Shown in pieces: positions 25,105-32,000 of a DNA stretch of 32,000 nucleotides; position 1 is the stretch's first letter, and each line of letters begins with the position of its first letter. The DNA is taken from the NCBI RefSeq assembly GCF_000023965.1, contig NC_013202.1, forward strand, positions 930,001 through 962,000, given 5' to 3'. Both the position numbers and the translations under genes were made by a program. The stretch is from Halomicrobium mukohataei DSM 12286 (GTDB lineage Archaea > Halobacteriota > Halobacteria > Halobacteriales > Haloarculaceae). The notes under the pieces were generated by a model that worked only from the letters and a program-made list of their open reading frames with translations, ran no database searches and was not told where the DNA came from.

Positions 25105-25881
25105 ATGAGCGACCACACCACCTATGGGAGCGTGCGCGTCGAGAACAGTTTCATCGGGGTCCGCGGTGTCGGCGAGCAGACCGAACGAACTCTGTGGGAG
25201 TCCGGAATCACCCACTGGGACGACTTCGAGCCCAGCACCGTCGGACAGAAGACCGGCGAACGCATCGAGACGTTCATCGACGAGGGCCGAGGGCGACTGG
25301 CCGACGACGACGTGGCCTACTTCGACGAGCAGTTCCCCTCCGGCGAGCGCTGGCGGGTGTACGAGACGTTCGCCGAGCGGGCCTGTTTCTTCGACATCGA
25401 GACTACCGGGTTGGACCAGCAACGCAATCAGGTGACGACGGTGAGTTTCCACCAGGGCGGCGACACCGAGACGCTCGTGGCCGGCGACGACCTGACTGCC
25501 GAGGCGCTGTCGGCGACGGTCGGCGACGCCGACCTGCTGGTGACGTTCAACGGCAAGCGCTTCGACGTGCCCTTCCTCGAAGCCAACTTCGACGTGGATC
25601 TGGACCTGCCCCACCTCGACCTGCTGTACACCTGCAAGCAACTGGGCCTCAGCGGCGGGCTCAAACAGATCGAGCAGGACATCGGCATCGAGCGTGACCG
25701 ACCCGACATCTCCGGGCAGGACGCCGTCCGCCTGTGGAAGGAACACGAGCGCGGCGAGGACGGGTCCCTGGAGACGCTGATCAGCTACAACCGCGAGGAC
25801 GCCGTCAACCTCCGGACGCTGGCCGATCGGGTGACGACCCGTCTCGACGAGCGAGTGTTCGTCGACCCGGCCAGCCAGTAG
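25105..25881 (+). CDS. RNase H-like (YprB/PolB-exonuclease-like) domain protein with an N-terminal HhH
   Basis: FFDIETTGL (Exo I-like), FNGKRFDVPFL, and YNREDAVNL motifs. GVGEQTERTL HhH at the N-terminus. Confidence 0.75.
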   Translation: MSDHTTYGSVRVENSFIGVRGVGEQTERTLWESGITHWDDFEPSTVGQKTGERIETFIDEGRGRLADDDVAYFDEQFPSGERWRVYETFAERACFFDIETTGLDQQRNQVTTVSFHQGGDTETLVAGDDLTAEALSATVGDADLLVTFNGKRFDVPFLEANFDVDLDLPHLDLLYTCKQLGLSGGLKQIEQDIGIERDRPDISGQDAVRLWKEHERGEDGSLETLISYNREDAVNLRTLADRVTTRLDERVFVDPASQ

Positions 25882-25996
25882 CGCCACCCCTCTATTTCGA
25901 GTGCAGAACCCATCGACCCAAATCGAGTGCCATCTGTCTCTGCGGGGATGGTGGACTGGTCCAGTCGACGCCCTCTCGTACCGAACTCGCAGCCGT

Positions 25997-26040
25997 CTCA
26001 TACTGCCGGCTGTACGTCTGTCCAACAGCCGGCAGTATCA
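25997..26040. repeat. family-2 palindromic repeat, short copy (c)
   Basis: CTCATACTGCCGGCTGTACGTCTGTCCAACAGCCGGCAGTATCA. The last three bases are the stop codon of the minus-strand rhomboid gene. Confidence 0.8.
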
Positions 26041-26673
26041 CGCTGGCTCTGGCTGGGCTCCCTTCTGGCGCGGGCGCAACACGTGGACGCGGCCGGCCAC
26101 CAGCCCCAGCAACAGACCGGTGAAGTGTGCGACGAGCGCGACCTGTGGCCGGGCCGTGGCCAGCGTGACGACGACCGCGATCGCCGCGAAGGCCGCCAGT
26201 TGCAGTCGCGGGCTGAGCTGAATCGTACCGACGACGCGATCCGTGAGTCGGTTGCTGGTCAGCAGGTACCCCGCCAGTGCGAAGACTGCCCCGCTCCCGC
26301 CCAGTACGCTCACCTGGCCCGCGCCGCCAAGCACCGCACCCACCAGCGGCGCGAGCCACACCTCGGCGAGCCCCGAGAGCGCCCCCGCGACCACGAAGAA
26401 GGCGTGAAAGCGGGCCGGCGTCGTCTGGCGTTCCAGCAAGATTCCGACGACCGCCAGCGCGACCGCGTTCGCGACCAGGTGCGAGACGCCGCTGTGGGCG
26501 TAGACGCTCGTCACGACCGTCCACGGGTTGTGGGTCACCGGCGTCGTCAGCACGAACAGCGACTGCATCGCGACGCCACCCGCGACCAGCGACACGAGTT
26601 CCTGACAGAGAAACACCGCGAGGAACACGGCCAGGGTCATCACCGTCGGACTCCCCAGAAGTCGTCGTCGCAT
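26038..26673 (-). CDS. rhomboid-family intramembrane serine protease
   Basis: HxxxN (SHLVANA), catalytic GGSGAVFALAGY, and a distal His (AHFTGLLLG), with 6 TM helices. The ATG at 26673 is used; the listed start at 26700 is a TTG. Confidence 0.85.
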   Translation of the reverse strand: MRRRLLGSPTVMTLAVFLAVFLCQELVSLVAGGVAMQSLFVLTTPVTHNPWTVVTSVYAHSGVSHLVANAVALAVVGILLERQTTPARFHAFFVVAGALSGLAEVWLAPLVGAVLGGAGQVSVLGGSGAVFALAGYLLTSNRLTDRVVGTIQLSPRLQLAAFAAIAVVVTLATARPQVALVAHFTGLLLGLVAGRVHVLRPRQKGAQPEPA

Positions 26674-26698
26674 TACAGTCCGTACGGACCGTTGGCAC

Positions 26699-26750
26699 AA
26701 AAAATCGCGGTCTGGACGGGGGTCGTCCCAGACGTACAGCCGCGGTATCA
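26699..26750 (-). terminator. hairpin plus T6 terminator-like structure after orc1, built from a family-2 repeat arm (copy e)
   Basis: The minus strand reads TGATACCGCGGCTGTACGTCTGGGACGACCCCCGTCCAGACCGCGATTTTTT. The stem is GTCTGGGACG/CGTCCAGAC, followed by T6. The first 22 nt match the family-2 terminus. Confidence 0.5.
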
Positions 26751-27875
26751 GAGCCGTTCGAGGACGGCCTCGGGATCGTACTGCAGGGTGAGTTCCCGCG
26801 AGCGCCCGCGGCCGTCGACGTTGGTGTAGGTGGCCTCGATGACGCCCAGCTGGTCGAGCTTGTTGATGATCTCGGAGTAGCGGGTGTAGCCCAGGTCGGT
26901 CTGGTCGTTGAAGGCGTCGTAGATCTCGCCGGCCCGCTGGCCGTCGTGCTGGGCGATCACCTCCGCGAGTGCGGCCTCCGACTCCGACAGTTCCCGCAGC
27001 CGTCGCGAGAGATGGACGTACTTGGACTTGTCGTAGGCGTCTTCCACGTCCTCGCGCTCGACGGTGCGGGACGCTCGCATCTCCGCGTTCATCCCCGCTC
27101 GGCGGAGCAGGTCGATTCCCACACGGAGGTCCCCGCCCTGCTTGGCGGTGAGTTCGGCCACGCGGTCGAGCACCGTCGTGTCGACGACGCCGTCGTGGAA
27201 CCCGCGGTCGGCCCGCTCTCGCAGGATGCCGACGATCTCGGGCTCGTCGTACCTGTTGAAGTAGATCTCTTCGGGTCGGAAGACGCTCTGGACGCGCGTA
27301 TCGAGCGCGTCGATCACGTCCAGATCGAGGTCCGAGGAGATGCAGATGACGCCGATCTTGGCCCCAGAGTGAGCCTCGTGGGCGCGCAACAGCGAGTATA
27401 GCGTGTCGCTGGCTTCGGACTCGTAGAAGAGGTAGTTCACGTCGTCGAGTGCCACCACCAGCACCTCCTCGCGCTCGACGAGGCGGTCGGTGATCTGGGA
27501 GAACAGCTTCTTGAAGGAGATGCCGGAGGAGGGGGGCTCGTAGTCGAATATCTCGGCGAACAGCCGCGAGAAGACGGCGTAGCGCGTCGAATCGACCTGA
27601 CAGTTGACCCGCACCGCCTGCACGTCGGTCTGGGCGGTGAGTTCGTCGAAGAGGATCTGGGTCGCCGTCGTCTTGCCGGTGCCGGGCGGTCCGCGAGCGA
27701 TGACGTTCAGCGGGCGAGAGCCACGCACGGCGGGCCTGAGCGCGTACTTCAGGTTCTCCATCTGGCTCTCCCGGTGTTCGAACGTCTGAGGGACGTAGTC
27801 GATCTCGAAGACGTGCTCGTCCCGAAAGACGGACTCGTCCCAGGAGAGCATCCCCTCCTCCGGGTCGTCGCTCAT
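26748..27875 (-). CDS. orc1: Orc1/Cdc6-type replication initiator
   Basis: Walker A GPPGTGKT, Walker B VVALDDVN, sensor motifs, and a C-terminal winged helix. The ATG at 27875 (MSDDPEEG...) is used; the upstream ORF extension runs into a MITE copy. Confidence 0.95.
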   Translation of the reverse strand: MSDDPEEGMLSWDESVFRDEHVFEIDYVPQTFEHRESQMENLKYALRPAVRGSRPLNVIARGPPGTGKTTATQILFDELTAQTDVQAVRVNCQVDSTRYAVFSRLFAEIFDYEPPSSGISFKKLFSQITDRLVEREEVLVVALDDVNYLFYESEASDTLYSLLRAHEAHSGAKIGVICISSDLDLDVIDALDTRVQSVFRPEEIYFNRYDEPEIVGILRERADRGFHDGVVDTTVLDRVAELTAKQGGDLRVGIDLLRRAGMNAEMRASRTVEREDVEDAYDKSKYVHLSRRLRELSESEAALAEVIAQHDGQRAGEIYDAFNDQTDLGYTRYSEIINKLDQLGVIEATYTNVDGRGRSRELTLQYDPEAVLERL

Positions 27876-27988
27876 CACTTTCACCGCGGTCCGCGCGCCA
27901 CTTAACGATTCCCCAGGGTGGCGAAACTGTAACTGCGGCGCTCCTCCCGTGATATTCGGGGAGTCGGCAGCAACCCTTCTCTGTGATC

Positions 27989-28072
27989 TATAGTAACAAT
28001 TGAAACGATCTACATACTGATCGCACTGCTGTCGTGCGATCGAGTGTGTACTGAATTTCAATGGCTACTATA
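27989..28072. mobile_element. family-1 MITE-like palindromic element, copy 3 (upstream of orc1)
   Basis: 84 bp with TA flanks. 71 of 80 core positions are identical to copy 2, and the same two-stem hairpin is kept. Confidence 0.85.
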
Positions 28073-28157
28073 GTGGTTTCAAGACCAATTACCACGCATT
28101 TTTATGCCGTGTCTGTCCTACTATCATGGACAGGCGGCTAGAGCCCGTCAAACATAG

Positions 28158-28445
28158 ATGATTGTCTCCGCTCTCACGACCCTGACATTCCTGCTGGGCT
28201 GTGTAGCCCTCGTTGCGATCATCTGGTACTTCACCAGCTATATCCTGAATCGAGAGGACGATTCGTTAGAGGGCATTGGGATCATGCTTCTGGTGCTCGC
28301 ATATTCGCTCACCAATCAGGCGTATCAGCAGGTTGTGACTGTCGACGACACAACTATGGGCGTGCTTGATTTCGTCGGTGTCGCGTGTCTCGTCGTCGGC
28401 GTCGGTGTTCTCGTGCGACTGCGCTGGCGTCGGTCGTCCGCGTGA
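28158..28445 (+). CDS. small membrane protein, hypothetical (atypical codon usage)
   Basis: 95-codon ORF with 3 hydrophobic segments. Many A/T-ending codons, and about 56% G+C by hand count, which is visibly below the neighbouring genes. Coding status is uncertain. Confidence 0.4.
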   Translation: MIVSALTTLTFLLGCVALVAIIWYFTSYILNREDDSLEGIGIMLLVLAYSLTNQAYQQVVTVDDTTMGVLDFVGVACLVVGVGVLVRLRWRRSSA

Positions 28446-28544
28446 CCAGCCAGCACGTCTTTGCCCTGCACTGTATCGAGCGATACTACTGGAACACTTA
28501 CCCAACAACCACACCGATCATTGGTGGCTCACCCTCGCACCGCG

Positions 28545-28961
28545 CTACTCCTCGACGACGACCGTCCCGACCATCCCGTTTGCCACGTGGGGCGTGCAGA
28601 TGTAGTCGTACGTGCCCGGGACCTCGAAGGTGTGCTCGAAGGTCTCGCCTTCCTGGCGGGTCTCGTAGCTGTTGCCCGCCTCGTAGCTGGCGAACGGTTC
28701 GGCACCCTCCGGAAGGGAGGCGCTGTCCCACCCGTCGGGCCGACAGCTGACGTTGTGGTTCGGGCTCTGGAACCGCCAGGTGACCGTCGTGCCCGCCGAG
28801 ACGGTCAGCGGGTCGGGCTGGAAGACGTACCTGCCGTTCGGGCCGACCAGCACCTCGTCGTCGCCGGGCGTGGCCGTTTCCGAGTCGCCGCTGCTGGCAC
28901 AGCCGGCCAGAGCGCCGGTCGCGGTCACGCCGGTCACGCGGAGGAACGTGCGTCGTCGCAT
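28545..28961 (-). CDS. halocyanin-type blue copper protein, Tat-exported lipoprotein
   Basis: Twin-arginine signal MRRRTFL, lipobox LAGC, and type-1 copper ligands (H in SPNHNV, and C, H, M in YICTPHVANGM). Confidence 0.9.
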   Translation of the reverse strand: MRRRTFLRVTGVTATGALAGCASSGDSETATPGDDEVLVGPNGRYVFQPDPLTVSAGTTVTWRFQSPNHNVSCRPDGWDSASLPEGAEPFASYEAGNSYETRQEGETFEHTFEVPGTYDYICTPHVANGMVGTVVVEE

Positions 28962-28998
28962 TGTCGAACCACAGTGACGGAGGACCAAAGAGGATTCG

Positions 28999-31065
28999 CT
29001 ACTCGAACTTCCCGAGTAAGTCGCCGTAAAAGTCGCTCTCGCTGTCGTCTGCCAGCTTCTCGACGATCAGCTCCGGCGTCGACCGGGCGAGCTGGCCCTT
29101 CACGGGCGAGCGATTGACCCGGAGTTCGCCGTCGACCAGTCCCTCGGCCTGAATCCCGTCGACGGTCAAATCGGCGTCGGCGGCGTCGATGATGTCGCCC
29201 GCGAGGTGAGAGACGAACACGCCCGTCGCGTCGCGCTCTGCCAGCGCTTCGAGGATGCCGGCGACGATCGTCGCCGCCGCGCCGGGTTCCGTGATCGACT
29301 CCAGTTCGTCGACCAGCACCATCACGCGGTCGGCGCGAGTGGCTTCCGGACTCTCGTCGACGCCCGCTACCAGCGCGCCGAAATCCCGCAGCGTCGCCTC
29401 GAAGGCCCCCGCGTCCAGCGTCCCCTGGGTCTTGGCGTGGTAGTGGAGTTCTCGCACCCGGCCGATCCGGGCGGACTCGGCCGGGACGGGCAGGCCCATG
29501 TGGGCAAGCGTCGTCACCAGCGCCACCAGGTCCAGCGTCGAGGTCTTCCCGCCGCTGTTGACCCCCGACAGCAGCGCCACGCCGTCGACGCGGTAGTCGA
29601 CCGGTTCGACGGCTTCGAAGGGCACGTCCAGCAGCGGCGAGCGCCCGCCCTCGATGGCGAAGCCGGGATCGTCCGCGCCGTCTCGGGGCTCGCTCCCGTC
29701 CGACCGCTCCGAGGCGCTCCGTCCCTCGGGCTCTACCCCGCCGACCACGGGCATCGTACAGTCGAAGTCGGCGGCGAACCGGGCGATCGCGAGCTCGACG
29801 TCCAGTTCGAGCGCGGTCTCGACGAGGCTCTCGGCGGCCCCGCGCATCTCGGCGAGATCGTCGGCCAGCTCTCGTTTCAGTCGCGTGGCGCGCTGGTCCC
29901 GTGCGGCGGTCAGCTCCTCGCGCAGGCGCGAGACGGCCTCCTCGTTGTGTTCGACGGGGTAGGTCGGGTCGTCGGGGAAGGCCCGCCGTGCGACCGCCTC
30001 GGTGTCTGTCAGCCCCAGCGTCTCGATCAGGCGGTCGCGAGCCTTCGAGATGGCGGCATCGTACTCGTCGGCCAGCTCTCTGGAGAGCAGCGAGTCCACC
30101 CCGGCCCCTCGCTCGACGAGCGAGAGCAGGTCTGTCCCCTCGATGGTCACGTCTCGCTCTTCGATGGCCGCCCGGAGGTGGTCGTTGGCGGCGGATTCGG
30201 CCGTCGAGACCGCCGCATCGAGATCGTCGACGGCGACGGTCAGGCGATCGAGTTCGTCGTCGCCCCGCACGCTGCCGTCTTCGGCGAGCCGGTCCAGCGC
30301 GCTCTCCAGGGCGTCCAGATCACAGGGGGAATCGAGGTCGGCCACGCGGTGTACTGCGACGGCCGCCCGGATTCGGTCCCGGTTGCGCGTGAAAAACGCC
30401 AGCGGGCGCTCGGGGACCACGTCGGCCGGGTTCTCCAGTGCGTCGGGCTGGACGCGCACGTCGCCCTCCACGTCGAGGCCGGCGAAGGACTCGTCGAGGG
30501 CGACGACGGTCGCGTAGCTGCGACCCAGCTCTGCGAGCTGTCTGGCGTCGTCGACCACCTCGACGGTGACTTCCGGGATCGCCGCCTGTGCCTCGGCGTA
30601 GCGCTCGGCGTCGGTCGTCGCCAGACACCGGTCTCGGACGCGCACGTCGCTCGGGTCGGCGAGCGGTTCGACGCCCGCCAGGGCTTCGAGGACGGCGTCG
30701 TCCGGCTCTCGCTCCATCGCCGCTCGGGCTCGCTCCCGGACGCTCTCGATGCGTTCGGGGACGCCGCTGGGATAGATCGTCTCCAGACGCTTCCGGGCGT
30801 AGTCGGTGACGGTCCGGTCCTGTATCAGTCCCAGCGCATCGCGGTAAATCTCGCGTGCGCGACTGGTCGCGGCCCACCCGCCGGGGTCGTCGTGTTCGTC
30901 TCGGATGGCCGCTCGCGCGATTCGGGCGGCCCGTCCCTCGCTGATCCCCGGGGCCTGGGCCAGCGTCGCCACGTCGCCCTCGCGCAGCGCCCGCTCGGGG
31001 TCGTCGAGTTCGGCCAGTGCCGCCGCCGTCTTCTCCCCAACGCCGGAGACCGATTCGAGCTCCAT
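28999..31065 (-). CDS. MutS-related ABC ATPase (archaeal MutS-like, no mismatch-binding domain) with an N-terminal HhH
   Basis: MutS domain V motifs: Walker A GVNSGGKTS, Walker B MVLVDELES, and TH in FVSHL. The N-terminus has GVGEKTAAAL HhH motifs. No MutS domain I signature was seen. Confidence 0.8.
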   Translation of the reverse strand: MELESVSGVGEKTAAALAELDDPERALREGDVATLAQAPGISEGRAARIARAAIRDEHDDPGGWAATSRAREIYRDALGLIQDRTVTDYARKRLETIYPSGVPERIESVRERARAAMEREPDDAVLEALAGVEPLADPSDVRVRDRCLATTDAERYAEAQAAIPEVTVEVVDDARQLAELGRSYATVVALDESFAGLDVEGDVRVQPDALENPADVVPERPLAFFTRNRDRIRAAVAVHRVADLDSPCDLDALESALDRLAEDGSVRGDDELDRLTVAVDDLDAAVSTAESAANDHLRAAIEERDVTIEGTDLLSLVERGAGVDSLLSRELADEYDAAISKARDRLIETLGLTDTEAVARRAFPDDPTYPVEHNEEAVSRLREELTAARDQRATRLKRELADDLAEMRGAAESLVETALELDVELAIARFAADFDCTMPVVGGVEPEGRSASERSDGSEPRDGADDPGFAIEGGRSPLLDVPFEAVEPVDYRVDGVALLSGVNSGGKTSTLDLVALVTTLAHMGLPVPAESARIGRVRELHYHAKTQGTLDAGAFEATLRDFGALVAGVDESPEATRADRVMVLVDELESITEPGAAATIVAGILEALAERDATGVFVSHLAGDIIDAADADLTVDGIQAEGLVDGELRVNRSPVKGQLARSTPELIVEKLADDSESDFYGDLLGKFE

Positions 31066-31152
31066 CTACCCGATTGCTGCACCCCGGCGGAAAAAAGTCT
31101 CCCGCTCGTCGCGATCCCAACGGATTTGCCGACAGCGGTCGACCGAGCGGAC

Positions 31153-31530
31153 ATGACGGAGTATCTCGTCGCCACGTCGTCCGTCCACGTCACGGCCGCT
31201 GCCGCCGACTACCTCCGGGAGCGCCTCGATCCGGCGACCGACGAGGTCGTCGTCGTGGCGGTCCGCGAGGCCGCCAGTCCCGACCGCGACGCCGGTGACG
31301 CGGCCAACGTCGCCCGGTCGCGACTGGCCGCCGTCGCGCCGACGGTCGAGACCCCCGACGGCGATCCGACCGAGACGCTGCTCGATGCCATCGAACGGCG
31401 AGCGCCCGACGTGGTCCTGGCTGGGCCGAACCGGGGCGTCGAGGGAGCCGAGGGCGTTGGCTCGACCCTCCGGGCGCTCCTCGAACGAGCGGCGTGTCCG
31501 GTCGTCGTCGTCCCGCTGCCCGAACGCTGA
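31153..31530 (+). CDS. universal stress protein-like (degenerate UspA fold)
   Basis: 125 aa, MTEYLVATSSVH...VVLAGPNRG......GSTLRALLERAACPVVVVP. This is the only plausible part of the long 29206..31530 ORF. Confidence 0.65.
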   Translation: MTEYLVATSSVHVTAAAADYLRERLDPATDEVVVVAVREAASPDRDAGDAANVARSRLAAVAPTVETPDGDPTETLLDAIERRAPDVVLAGPNRGVEGAEGVGSTLRALLERAACPVVVVPLPER

Positions 31531-31579
31531 GTGGTGTCGGGACGGCCGTTTTAACACTGGGGACGGAGAAGGCGATTGC

Positions 31580-32000
31580 ATGTCCGCCTCGGAACTGGCC
31601 CAACGAGTGCGAGAGGCACTGTCGGTCGACGGCGACGAGTTCGAGGCCCGCGCCGCCGAAGAGGCCGAGTGGCTCAAAGCGGAGGTCCGCGACGGCACCT
31701 TCGACAACACCGAAGCGATCGTCGGACTGGAGCTGGAACTGTACGCCGTCGACGACCGGACCGACGCACTCCAGCGCGTGCCCCGAAACCTCCTGGAGCT
31801 GATCGGCTTCGAGAAGGAACTGGGGCTGCACAACGCCGAGATGCAGACCAGTCCCCAGCCGCTCAACGAACACGGACTGGAGGCCCAGCTCGCCGAGCTG
31901 CGGGCCAACCTCGCGCCCGCGCTCGAACAGACACACACGGAAAACATCCAGCTGGTCTCCGACGGGATGTGGACGGTCCCGCCCAACGGCGAGACCGCGA
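31580..32000 (+). CDS. gshA: glutamate--cysteine ligase-like carboxylate-amine ligase (GCS2 family), 3' end outside the window
   Basis: My own translation from the ATG at 31580: MSASELAQRVREAL...IVGLELELYAVD...EKELGLHNAEMQTSPQP. The ELE and HxxE motifs are typical of GCS2 enzymes. The frame is still open at the window end. Confidence 0.6.
   Translation, partial: MSASELAQRVREALSVDGDEFEARAAEEAEWLKAEVRDGTFDNTEAIVGLELELYAVDDRTDALQRVPRNLLELIGFEKELGLHNAEMQTSPQPLNEHGLEAQLAELRANLAPALEQTHTENIQLVSDGMWTVPPNGETA

Noticed and set aside
27906-27930. ORB-like sequence TTCCCCAGGGTGGCGAAACTG upstream of orc1; GGTGGCGAA also occurs twice in the centre of family-2 copy a (4064-4087)
   Set aside because: There is only a single copy near orc1. 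The arrangement of the G/C-string relative to the GAAAC core does not match the haloarchaeal ORB layout as I remember it, and a shared 9-mer in 32 kb of G+C-rich DNA can arise by chance. It is mentioned only as context in the orc1 finding.
29206-31152. Upstream 649 codons of the 774-codon ORF 29206..31530 (+)
   Set aside because: This stretch is antisense to the MutS-related gene and is low-complexity Arg/Gly/Val sequence. Only the last 125 codons, from the ATG at 31153, look like a real Usp-like protein.
1-32000. Looked for rRNA, tRNA, CRISPR arrays, transposases, integrases and known defence-system genes
   Set aside because: None was seen by eye. There are no regularly spaced direct repeats, no tRNA-like cloverleaf candidates in the intergenic regions, and no ORF with transposase, integrase or Cas-like motifs. 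A covariance-model scan (tRNAscan-SE or Infernal) would be needed to exclude small RNAs formally.

Overview
This window looks like a chromosomal segment of a haloarchaeon (class Halobacteria). It is high in G+C, has strong G/C bias at third codon positions, encodes very acidic proteins, and has many promoters placed for leaderless transcripts. Most genes are housekeeping: a thermosome subunit, prephenate dehydratase, dihydrolipoyl dehydrogenase, primase large subunit PriL, a divergent TatCt/TatCo pair, an Orc1/Cdc6 gene, a MutS-related ATPase, halocyanin, Hsp20 and a signal peptidase. There is also a compact polyhydroxyalkanoate cluster: maoC, then divergently phaR-phaP-phaE-phaC-phaB. I found no rRNA, tRNA, CRISPR array, transposase or recognisable defence system. 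The notable signals are non-coding. (1) An 84-bp hairpin-forming MITE-like element flanked by TA occurs three times. One copy splits a maltose-type O-acetyltransferase gene, and removing 82 bp restores a 183-codon reading frame. (2) A second palindromic repeat family occurs at five loci. In the four copies that retain it, the TGATAC end sits on or next to the stop codon of a gene, in the manner of REP elements. One MITE copy is inserted inside a member of the second family. Other points are a Bcp-type peroxiredoxin homologue without its catalytic cysteines, coupled to Hsp20; an RHH gene overlapping the disrupted acetyltransferase; a GNAT remnant with an in-frame TGA; a lower-G+C patch upstream of orc1; and unusual extensions on TatCo and PhaC. 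The many long ORFs antisense to real genes are high-G+C shadow ORFs and are rejected.
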